Origin: Candidatus Sumerlaeaceae bacterium
GTDB taxonomy: Bacteria > Sumerlaeota > Sumerlaeia > Sumerlaeales > Sumerlaeaceae
NCBI GenBank assembly: GCA_051003195.1
Contig: JBPCLP010000056.1
Coordinates: forward strand, 1-47,831
Direction of reading: 5' to 3'
Length of the DNA stretch: 47,831 bases
Below are positions 1-7,905 of this stretch, one piece after another. The translations under genes and the position numbers were made by a program. The notes beneath the pieces were generated by a model. The model did not search any database and was not told the DNA's origin. It saw nothing but the letters and a program-made list of their open reading frames with translations. Within the stretch, counting starts at the first letter, position 1. Each line of letters begins with the position of its first letter.

Positions 1-52
1 TGCTTATTGTGACTAACGTGGTAAGAACCCTTACAAATTGCAGAAGTGTTTT

Positions 53-89
53 CCTCTGTGAAAGCTCTGAGTCTCTGTGCCTCTGTGGT
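53..89. repeat. REP-like CTCTG(T/A)G short repeat cluster
   Basis: ctctgtgg...ctctgagtctctgtgcctctgtggt: repeated CTCTGNG units resembling a common REP class. Confidence 0.5.
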
Positions 90-92
90 AAG

Positions 93-161
93 GGGCGGGC
101 TAAGTGCCTTCTGTGAGAAGTTTGATCATCGAGCGTCGCAGAGGGGACGGTCGCCCACGTC
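93..161 (-). repeat. MITE-like derivative of the RAYT remnant at 7120-7285 (inverted copy)
   Basis: 106-161 aligns in reverse complement with 7120-7174; 93-104 matches 7271-7282 (cttagccc[g/a]ccc). Confidence 0.7.
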
Positions 162-288
162 CCTGGAACTCCGCTGGAACTCCGCTTGGTGTTAAGTTCG
201 GGGGCATGCCGCGCAGTTGCTCACTGTTCCACAGCTACGACCACCATTGGTTAGAGGAAAAACCCAGACGAACCCGCAGACTAACATA

Positions 289-1557
289 TCACCTGGACCA
301 AAAACGGGGGCAGACCAGAAGGCTTCGAATCAAATCGGCAGGGCCGTAAACAGCAACATCCGGACTCTCAGTATCGTCCATGAAAATGGAAATCCAAAGC
401 TCGGCATCATGACCGTCAACGTTTACAGGAAACCGGAATACCCTGGTCTGATCTAGTTTCTGATTTTCCACCACCGACACAACTTCTGCAACTTCCAAAG
501 AGCCGAATCCATTGTCCACAAGTTCAGAAAGTCCTGCGAGAAAAGGCTCCAGTTCTGTGATATCGAGATTCTCCGACCATTCATCCAGTTTCTTCGGAAC
601 AGTACGGCGTTTTGTCAGATGAACGGGGGAGGGCTTTTCGGACAAATCAGCGCCCATTTGTTTCAGAGCTTTCTTTGCTTCACGACGTACTTCCGAATTC
701 GGGTTGTTAAGATACTTACGGACATCATCTGAGTGCTTCGAAGCGCGCAGAACGCCGAGTGCCTGCAATGCAAACACCGTGCTGAGCGGCTGGTCCATAA
801 CCGATGCGATTAGCTCAGCAGCGCGTGGATGTTTTGTCCGTGCCAGAGCGTATATCACACCGCCGTTCCGGTTGGCGGAACATCGATTCCTGATCAATCT
901 TTCCAGATCCTCCGCAATAGTCGGAACAACATGATCGCACAAAACCGTATTCACTGCGTTTTCGGGATTCCGACACTCTTGAGGGAACAATTTGATAAGA
1001 TAGCGGCACAGCTTTTCCTTGTCACGGCGATGAACTCTAAGCTTATGGTGTGCTATAAAGACTTGGTAGACGATCTTCCGGTATTCCGGCTCAGTCTGGT
1101 CGCAAAGTTCAATGAGGTCGTGTACAGCGCGACTGCTGATCGTTCCCCCGAAGGATTCCAATTTAAAGACGGATTGATTGTCCAGGGCGAGTATTCTGTC
1201 AATCGCAGGACGGACGGCCCAATACTTGTCCGATGCCGTTTCGATGTCCGCTTTCCATTTGGCCAGGCCTTCGTCGTCAGCAGAATATCGAGCGAAGACA
1301 GCGCTTACTTTTTCTGCTATTGTTTTATCAGCGATTTTGAAACTGAGAAAAGCTGAGTTTTGGGAAAGATCTTTTAATACCGCTGAAATATGCTGAACCT
1401 CTTCACAGTCATAGTAGGGGAGGGAAAGTTTAATGGGCAACCGAGCATCCCTGTATGTTACGCTATAGGCCGCTTCATAATAAGGCCTTGATAAAAATCC
1501 GGCTTTCTCCAGGATGCGTTCGACAAGATAACTGAATGCTTTAATTTCCACCTGCAT
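289..1557 (-). CDS. HEAT-repeat-containing hypothetical protein
   Basis: 422-aa ORF; HEAT-like helices VIYALARTKHPRAAELIA / ALQALGVLRA / LNNPNSEVRREAKKALKQM; more AT-rich than core. Confidence 0.75.
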   Translation of the reverse strand: MQVEIKAFSYLVERILEKAGFLSRPYYEAAYSVTYRDARLPIKLSLPYYDCEEVQHISAVLKDLSQNSAFLSFKIADKTIAEKVSAVFARYSADDEGLAKWKADIETASDKYWAVRPAIDRILALDNQSVFKLESFGGTISSRAVHDLIELCDQTEPEYRKIVYQVFIAHHKLRVHRRDKEKLCRYLIKLFPQECRNPENAVNTVLCDHVVPTIAEDLERLIRNRCSANRNGGVIYALARTKHPRAAELIASVMDQPLSTVFALQALGVLRASKHSDDVRKYLNNPNSEVRREAKKALKQMGADLSEKPSPVHLTKRRTVPKKLDEWSENLDITELEPFLAGLSELVDNGFGSLEVAEVVSVVENQKLDQTRVFRFPVNVDGHDAELWISIFMDDTESPDVAVYGPADLIRSLLVCPRFWSR

Positions 1558-1601
1558 GGATTCTTAACTCTGTGTCCTTGCCGCGAGTCTGATCTTCCAG
1601 T

Positions 1602-1803
1602 AATTCCGGGACGAGGTGCACAGGCATGGCTCGAATGGCAAGGATTGTTGTTCCGGGTGCCCGCATCATGGCATGAGACGCACCGGGGCAATTTGCGCGC
1701 CGATGTTTTCGTGCACGACACCGACCGGCAGCTCTACAAATCGTTGCTCGCCCAAACCTCGCGCCAGTTCGGCCTGGAGATCTGGGCGGGCCGTCCCCGA
1801 ATT
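1602..1803 (+). pseudogene. Truncated, frameshifted REP-associated tyrosine transposase (RAYT, Y1/IS200-like) between inverted 12-mers
   Basis: ATG 1626 MARMARIVVPG, then frameshifts, PHH..THRGNLRADVFVHDTDRQLYKSLLAQTSRQFGLEIWA; breaks off before the HUH motif; flanked by aattccgggacg (1602-1613) and cgtccccgaatt (1792-1803). Confidence 0.8.
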
Positions 1804-1810
1804 TGCACGA

Positions 1811-1909
1811 CCCCTTCGAGACCCTTCGGGCACATTAAAGTGCAGGGGTTTCGGCTACAGTCGCCGGGCAGCCGCGGCCATGAAAAGAAACTGATCGGGA
1901 GCTGACCCC
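1811..1909 (+). repeat. ~100-bp dispersed repeat ending in GGGAGCTGACCCC REP-like motif (inverted copy at 46543-46642)
   Basis: cagtcgccgggcagccgcggcca(t)tgaaaagaaactgatcgggagctgacccc nearly identical between copies; 5' half more diverged. Confidence 0.85.
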
Positions 1910-1945
1910 AAATCTTCCGCCGTTTCCCGGCCGTGTGTTAACAAA

Positions 1946-2590
1946 TTAACTGACGGCCTGTCCACCTGTTTCCGCGTATTGGGCTGTATTTTTGTCTTTG
2001 GTAATAGACTTGTGTGTATCTTGCCACATAACCACCCCAAGCAAGATTAGACTGACCCCAAAAAGGGTTCGCAGTAACAAGAACGGAATAACCGGACTTT
2101 CATCGCTACCATAGAGAAAAAAGGTGGCAATCCCTAGTAAACCAGTTACAAGAGGTAGGGGTTGCCAAAATTGAAGTGCATGGATACGTAGGTTCATTGC
2201 ACCAAATAGCATAAGGCCAATGACCATAAAAAGGACGCCTAGAATAATGAAGGCGAATAAGGAGTTGGCGAATAAGGAGTTGGCTTTTACAAGAGGGGTA
2301 AACGTGGCGTGGCCGAAAGCCAAAAGAATTCCGCCGCCCAAAAGCAGGATTAGACCAATCTTGCCAATACGATTACTTCGCTTAGCATATAATAGGTAAC
2401 AGCCCAAGAATCCTATTACGAATGCTATCTGACCGATTGCAATTAAAGCCATACTCTTCCCGCTAATTAAGTCGGGGATAGGGCTGTTCAAAAAGACCCG
2501 GCTCATATCATCGAACTTGTTAATGATGAACAACACGCTCCCTACAATGAGTGCTGAACCACCCCATCGGTTTGCCTGTGTCAGTAACAT
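1946..2590 (-). CDS. Multi-pass membrane protein, AT-rich
   Basis: 214 aa, about six hydrophobic segments, AAGGAG RBS upstream; internal 15-bp duplication (ANSLF x2). Confidence 0.8.
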   Translation of the reverse strand: MLLTQANRWGGSALIVGSVLFIINKFDDMSRVFLNSPIPDLISGKSMALIAIGQIAFVIGFLGCYLLYAKRSNRIGKIGLILLLGGGILLAFGHATFTPLVKANSLFANSLFAFIILGVLFMVIGLMLFGAMNLRIHALQFWQPLPLVTGLLGIATFFLYGSDESPVIPFLLLRTLFGVSLILLGVVMWQDTHKSITKDKNTAQYAETGGQAVS

Positions 2591-2783
2591 CTAAATTACT
2601 CCTTCGGTATGTCGCTGTGGTTGGTAAGGCGGTACTGGAGTTGCTGAGGGACACAATTGTGCGGAATATTGTATCGTAAATCACCAGCGGACGGCCACCT
2701 TGGAGGAGGACGTCGAACCGATGACGAGCGGAAGCACCCTGCTCCAGCGCGGCAAGGCCTTCGCCTGGATGGTGGCAATACCG

Positions 2784-3440
2784 TCACCCGCCGCTGATCA
2801 TCGGCGTGCGTTCGCGAATCGGTTGCGTCGCGTGCTCCAGCATCCACCACGCGACATCCGCGCGTGAAATCGCGCCGGTCACCGAGAAGTTCTCCACGAT
2901 CTTCATGCGTCGAGTGAGCGGGCCACTGGTGAGTCGCGTCGGGCGCGGGCAGCACCAATCAAGTCCCGAGTCCGCGAACATGCGCTCCATCGCCGCGAGA
3001 TCTCGATAGCCGACGCCGACGTTCGATTTCGCAACGAAAAATTTCATCAGGAGATTCATGCGTGCCGCGCTGTCCGCGACGCCCGCCGCGCTTACGGCGA
3101 TCACGCGTGCGAGGCCGTGCTGTTGCATCGCGCTCACGAGCATCGCCGCGGTGCGTGAGGAAAAATCCGGCGGCGAGGCAAGCGCGCTCCACGGATTCGC
3201 CGGATTGGTTCGCTTGATGCCGAGCGCCGACAGCACGACTTCGTGACCGCGCACATGCTCGTCAAAACAACCCGGCCGCAACACATCATCGATCACGATG
3301 CGCGCCCGCGAATCGATGCCATCAGCACGCCGCACGAGCGCCGTGACGATATGGCCTTGATCGCAGGCGAGGCGCACCAAGTGTTTTCCGACGCCACCCG
3401 ACGCGCCGAGCACCAAGACCTTCATAGCCTCTTGTTTCAT
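2784..3440 (-). CDS. NAD(P)H-binding oxidoreductase (flavin reductase/BVR-B-like)
   Basis: GASGGVG Rossmann motif, ALVR, VSAAG, DW...RPxxL, AISRADVA. Confidence 0.9.
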   Translation of the reverse strand: MKQEAMKVLVLGASGGVGKHLVRLACDQGHIVTALVRRADGIDSRARIVIDDVLRPGCFDEHVRGHEVVLSALGIKRTNPANPWSALASPPDFSSRTAAMLVSAMQQHGLARVIAVSAAGVADSAARMNLLMKFFVAKSNVGVGYRDLAAMERMFADSGLDWCCPRPTRLTSGPLTRRMKIVENFSVTGAISRADVAWWMLEHATQPIRERTPMISGG

Positions 3441-3453
3441 GGTGTGTAAAGCC

Positions 3454-3473
3454 GCCTAACGCTCAAGCTCAGC
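3454..3473 (-). other. Right half of an attC-like site (GCTGAGCTTGAGC-GTTAGGC)
   Basis: GTTRRRY core 13 nt upstream of the ATG at 3440, preceded by an L'-like GCTGAGCT; no matching R'' arm found. Confidence 0.5.
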
Positions 3474-4097
3474 AAGAGGAGTGGGCCAGCGCCTTTCAAA
3501 TCGTTCCAGCAAAATCACCATGACCAGCGCGTAGCCGATCCACAGCATCGACACGATACTCGTCGCCACGCCAATGACGACAGGGTGGAGCACATTCTTG
3601 AGATCGTCTCGCGCCACCTCGAAGAATGGATACCAGAAAAGGACCAGCAAAACTGCGCCGTATCCGATGCCTTTGGCCAAGGCTGTGCCTGGGAACCATT
3701 GCCGCATTGCGGCGAAGAGCAAGCCGAAGATCGCACCGAACACGACGCCGACCATGATGATGATGATCAGCGTGCCTCCCAGAGTGAAGTGGGGTTCCTG
3801 CCCGGCTGCCAGAGCAACCAGGCGCATCGCCACGCGCAGGCCAATGCCTAACATCAGTCCACTCAGGAGGCCAGCCAAAATCCCGCGGCCACCTTCCACG
3901 AACGGCCGCCAACTCCGCAGACGCGCTACCTTCCACACGAAAATGGCTAACCCGACCACCAACGGAGTGAGCGCCTGCACGGAAAGAGCCGCGTTTTTCA
4001 AGCGCAGCTCCCCGGTAGAACGAAGGAGTCCGGCAACAATGGCTGGCGCAACCAAACCGAATACCAAAGCTCCGGCAAGCGGAAGGATTCGTTTCAT
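3456..4097 (-). CDS. Multi-pass membrane protein
   Basis: Probable start MKRILP at 4097 after GGAG; about six TM segments; reads into the attC-like half site (PLAELER*). Confidence 0.8.
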   Translation of the reverse strand: MKRILPLAGALVFGLVAPAIVAGLLRSTGELRLKNAALSVQALTPLVVGLAIFVWKVARLRSWRPFVEGGRGILAGLLSGLMLGIGLRVAMRLVALAAGQEPHFTLGGTLIIIIMVGVVFGAIFGLLFAAMRQWFPGTALAKGIGYGAVLLVLFWYPFFEVARDDLKNVLHPVVIGVATSIVSMLWIGYALVMVILLERFERRWPTPLAELER

Positions 4098-4205
4098 AGC
4101 TTTTCTCCGACGACGATCCAAAGAACTGAAATTGTGATCGGCGTCCATCTGAATTTTTGGGCAAAGCGCGCCCCAAGTCCTGATTTTGAATTGCCGCGAA
4201 GCTGA

Positions 4206-4868
4206 CTACTGCCACTGCTCCACATAAGCCGGGACCCTGACAATTCCGGGACGTTGAACATAGGATGGACTGAGTGGATCGCCAAACTTCGTACAGAGTT
4301 CACCGACTACCACGAGGTCACCGTTGCTGAAGGTGCCGTTGGTTGGGTCGTAATCCACACCTCGGGCGTTCACTTCCCGGTCCTGCACAGGGCGGCCGCC
4401 GTAGGCCATGAACCTATCCGGCCCCGCTGACACAATGCGCCACTCGGCGCCCGATGTTATTCCGCTGCCGCGCTCCGGTTCCGCGCCGGCGTTTACGTAG
4501 TCGTAAGTGTCGTAGAGATCCAGTACACCGGACTCCAGTTGTTCGGAGGTAGGTGGGAACGGATCACGCGGAATCGACGAGAGGTAAGCCAGCGGTGTGG
4601 TAAGCGGGATCAGCCGTTTGCCTACCGGATCAGTGAACGGGCCAAACTCGTTATAATGGATCCCGACTCCGGCTGCAGGCGGTACCGCATTGTTGTCCAC
4701 GCGGTAGACTTCCACTGCTCCGGCAAGTAGCCGGAAATCATTCTTCACGGTTGCAACGCGGCTGCGCGCTGTTGCGTGGGAATAATTTACTGCGGCTATC
4801 GATGCAAGGATCGCGATGATACCGACAACGATGAGCAGTTCGATAAGTGTAAACGCACGCCGGTTCAT
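4206..4868 (-). CDS. Prepilin-type N-terminal cleavage/methylation protein, YDPTNG family
   Basis: MNRRA|FTLIELL class III signal; SAGPD and YDPTNGTFSNGDL motifs; ATG overlaps the upstream stop (ATGA, 4865-4868). Confidence 0.9.
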   Translation of the reverse strand: MNRRAFTLIELLIVVGIIAILASIAAVNYSHATARSRVATVKNDFRLLAGAVEVYRVDNNAVPPAAGVGIHYNEFGPFTDPVGKRLIPLTTPLAYLSSIPRDPFPPTSEQLESGVLDLYDTYDYVNAGAEPERGSGITSGAEWRIVSAGPDRFMAYGGRPVQDREVNARGVDYDPTNGTFSNGDLVVVGELCTKFGDPLSPSYVQRPGIVRVPAYVEQWQ

Positions 4869-6403
4869 TGTACGGCCTTTCTGACGACGGTCACCGGGAT
4901 CTCCCGCTTCTCCTGCTTCACTTCGAGACCCAGCTGATTGCGCAGTGATGCAAAGATGGAGGCTGGTTTCGAACTGTGCCACTTCAGATCGAATGAGTAC
5001 TTTCCGTTGAGTCCGGTTTCATCGATCACGATGTAACCTGTCGCGCGCTCGATGGTTTCACCAATGCTGCTTATCGATCCATTGCGTGCCAGGTAACGGC
5101 CGCCGGTCTGGATGATTCGATTGTCACTCTCGCCGTCTTTCAGCCCTGCTGACCTTCCGTTGGGTGCACGCATTACCAGTACAGTGGACGTCTGCTTGCC
5201 GGGAGCCATTGTTAATCCAAACGTCTTTTTATAAGCCTCGGAAACCGCTTTAACTGTCCTCTCATAGGGATAGGGACCGTCCTTATTAAAGTGAATCCCG
5301 TGCAGTTCGACATTGAAAGGTCCGGGTGGTAATTCGCCTTCCGTAACGATGCGGTTTCCCGTGGCTGATCCTATGGCTTTAAGCAGCACCTCAGTGGAAA
5401 CGCCGCTCAGTCGAATTGCATCATCACCAAGTCTTTCCTCATTTGGCTTAGTACCGGGAGCAGCCTGAGTGATCATGACACGAACTTCTTTGCCCCACAT
5501 ACTTGCCATTGCTCCGGACTGGTATACTTCCCTTCCTATAAATGCCCCGGCGATGAGTGCGCCCGCTGTCATGATTACTTTCACTTTTGCCATGCCAATT
5601 ACTCCTCCGATAGTCGTAGCCTTGATGGTCTGGAGGAGACTGAGTTGAGTGTTTGTGGCTGCAGCTGTGCCGGTGGCAGCCGGTGCAATCGCCGCTGCCG
5701 CCGGAATACCTGCTGACGCAGCCAGACTGCTCTTTGCACCTGCTGACATGGCCGCAGTAGCCGCGACAATAGCAGTGGTACGCGCAACAGCTGCGGGCTT
5801 CGGACGAATATGGGCAACCGAGTGCTCGAGCCACGGAACCAGTCCCTCACGGAACTGGGCGACCGTGTGTCTCAGGTGATACCGGATCGTGGTACGATGA
5901 ACGCCAACGCGCTCGGCAATCTGACGGTCGTTCAATCCTTCAACAAAGTGAAGCAGCAGAATTTCGCGTTGCTCGTCAGGCAGTTTTTCAATGGCCCGAA
6001 TGACCGCTTCGGCCTGCTGCTCCCGGTACAGCTTGTCTCGAACAGATTCGCCCTTGTTGTCCGGTATGGCTTCCACAACTTCCTCTTCCATAGCGACCAG
6101 TGGGATAAGCCGTGAGACAGTGCGCTGATGGCGTCGCCAGTCCTCAGCGAGATTTCGCGCCACCCGGCAGACCCAGCCGCCGAATTGTCCCGGTTGCTTC
6201 AGCGTTGCGAGATGCAGGTAAGCACGCAGGAATACTTCCTGGGTGAGGTCCTCCGCGGCTTCCCTGCTCGCAAGGCGCGAATACGCAGCATAGTAAACGG
6301 AGTTGAAGTGGCGTTCGATAAGAGCTTCGAATGCCCGTTCATCTCCGGCTGCAGAACGCACAACCAGTTGCGCATCTGTCGGTACTTCCACTCTGTTTCC
6401 CAC
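4865..6403 (-). CDS. ECF sigma factor with Ala-rich linker, TM helix and C-terminal TIGR03435/DUF3738-like domain
   Basis: Sigma2 AEDLTQEVFLRAY...W; sigma4 LPDEQREILLLHFVEGLNDRQIAERVG; C-terminal VIDETGLNGKYSFDLKW...LRNQLGLEVKQEKREIPVTVV. Confidence 0.88.
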   Translation of the reverse strand: MGNRVEVPTDAQLVVRSAAGDERAFEALIERHFNSVYYAAYSRLASREAAEDLTQEVFLRAYLHLATLKQPGQFGGWVCRVARNLAEDWRRHQRTVSRLIPLVAMEEEVVEAIPDNKGESVRDKLYREQQAEAVIRAIEKLPDEQREILLLHFVEGLNDRQIAERVGVHRTTIRYHLRHTVAQFREGLVPWLEHSVAHIRPKPAAVARTTAIVAATAAMSAGAKSSLAASAGIPAAAAIAPAATGTAAATNTQLSLLQTIKATTIGGVIGMAKVKVIMTAGALIAGAFIGREVYQSGAMASMWGKEVRVMITQAAPGTKPNEERLGDDAIRLSGVSTEVLLKAIGSATGNRIVTEGELPPGPFNVELHGIHFNKDGPYPYERTVKAVSEAYKKTFGLTMAPGKQTSTVLVMRAPNGRSAGLKDGESDNRIIQTGGRYLARNGSISSIGETIERATGYIVIDETGLNGKYSFDLKWHSSKPASIFASLRNQLGLEVKQEKREIPVTVVRKAVQ

Positions 6404-6506
6404 GAGTTGCCTCAGTCTCCTTTAAGAGCATTTGCTCTTCAACCCTATTCACGGAGGCGGAAGGCGATTTGAGGAGAAATCGGTAAAATAGTTAAGATTG
6501 GAAATT

Positions 6507-7010
6507 TGATACTGCTTCAAAAACGCGGACAGTGCATGAGCGGATTTGAATGGGGTTGGTGATGCACTTCGAATTCAAGAGGAGGCTTTCCGCCGAGGCT
6601 TGTGTGGATGCGCTTGGGGTTGTAGAAAGTCTCGATGTAGTCGAACACCAGTAGTTCGGCCTGGCGCCGGGTTTGTGCGACTTTGCGTTCAAATACCTCC
6701 GTCTTTAGTGTGGCGAAGAAGCTCTCCATGGTGGCATTGTCGTAGCAGTTTCCTTTGCGGCTCATGCTCGAAGTGATGCCTGCTGAATTAAGTGCGCTGC
6801 GGTAGTCGCGGCTGGCGTACTGGCAGCCGCGGTCGGAGTGATGAATGAGTCCAGGGGAGCTGCCGCGCATGGCAATGGCGCGCTCTAGTGTCTTGGTGAC
6901 GAGTGTTGTTTCAAGCGAGCTGCCGGTGGCCCAGCCAACAACACGGCGAGAGAACAGATCCATGATGATAGCCAAGTAATGCCAGCCCTTGCGTGTGGGC
7001 AGGTAGGTGA
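6507..7010 (-). mobile_element. IS3-family remnant (OrfB integrase core plus right terminal IR), 5'-truncated
   Basis: TYLPTRKGWHYLAIIMDLFSRRVVGW, HHSDRGCQY, SRKGNCYDNATMESFF, YNPKRIHTSLG; IR ctgtccgcgtttttgaagcagtatca ends at 6507. Confidence 0.9.
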
Positions 7011-7119
7011 ATAACGTGGGACAGTTGACGTTTTCACTAATTAATTTGCTAACGTCATGGAGACTTCACCAAAAGATCAGCTACGGCAAGGTTTAAGTTA
7101 AGGGATGTAAGTTGCGGGC

Positions 7120-7285
7120 GACGTTGGGGGCCGTTCCTTCGCACGCTCGACGATCAAACTTTCTCACGGAAGGCCTCATCAGCATGGCACGTCGAGCAAG
7201 GACCCTCATCCGGAGTTGCCCGCACGCACCAGCGCGACTTCGCCGAAATACTTTCTTCGACTTCATTGGACTTAGCCCACCCTAA
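7120..7285 (+). pseudogene. Second, internally deleted RAYT-like remnant with upstream flank
   Basis: ATG 7184 MARRARTLIRSCPH resembles the RAYT N-terminus seen at 1626; both flanks recur at 93-161. Confidence 0.5.
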
Positions 7286-7512
7286 GGTGACGCCTGGGAA
7301 GTGACACGCCCCCCAAGACTCGTGTATACCTGCCCGTGTAGTAAAGCTGAACACGTTCTTTGACAACTATGCAGCCCGAACGCCGTAACCGACGGAAGAC
7401 GGACTTCTGCGCCCAATACGCGTAGCATTTTACGTCCATGCGCCTGGCGGAAAAAGCCGCCCCTCGCGCAAGGAAGCGGGAAATCCACGGCCCCGCGAAT
7501 TCTTACGCGAGG

Positions 7513-7854
7513 ATTACCGTTTTTCAAGTGGCGAAATTACTCTATTTTTGCCAACTTGATTTATCTGCAAGCCTTTCAAGCTTCTACACCGCAAACTTGA
7601 AAACCAACTTGAAAAACTTGAAAACTTGAAAAGCCTCCAACCGCCCAGTCGCCCCTGCTACCCAGTCGCCCACGCCGCCGAGCAATGGAGCGCGCACGGC
7701 CACATGATCGGAACATTACGGAAATCAAAGGGCGAAATTACCCTCATCGGCCTCTTTGATTTAAATCGTGAAATGCCAATGAGCGACGCAATTGTTTGAT
7801 TAGTTTTTGATTAGTTTTGATTAAGGAGGCTCGTCCACCGTTTTAAAACCGTGC
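7513..7854 (+). repeat. Bipartite hairpin/tandem-repeat non-coding element, copy 1
   Basis: Module A 7513-7633 (tcaagtggc-gaaattac..gccaacttga, then AACTTGAAA repeats); module B 7703-7833 (aaatcaaagggc-gaaattac..gcctctttgattt, then TTTGATTAG repeats); homologous to 47070-47441. Confidence 0.85.
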
Positions 7855-7905
7855 ATAACGCCGGCGCCGGTGGGATGCGAGGGATGCGTCCGCGTTGAGG
7901 CGTCC

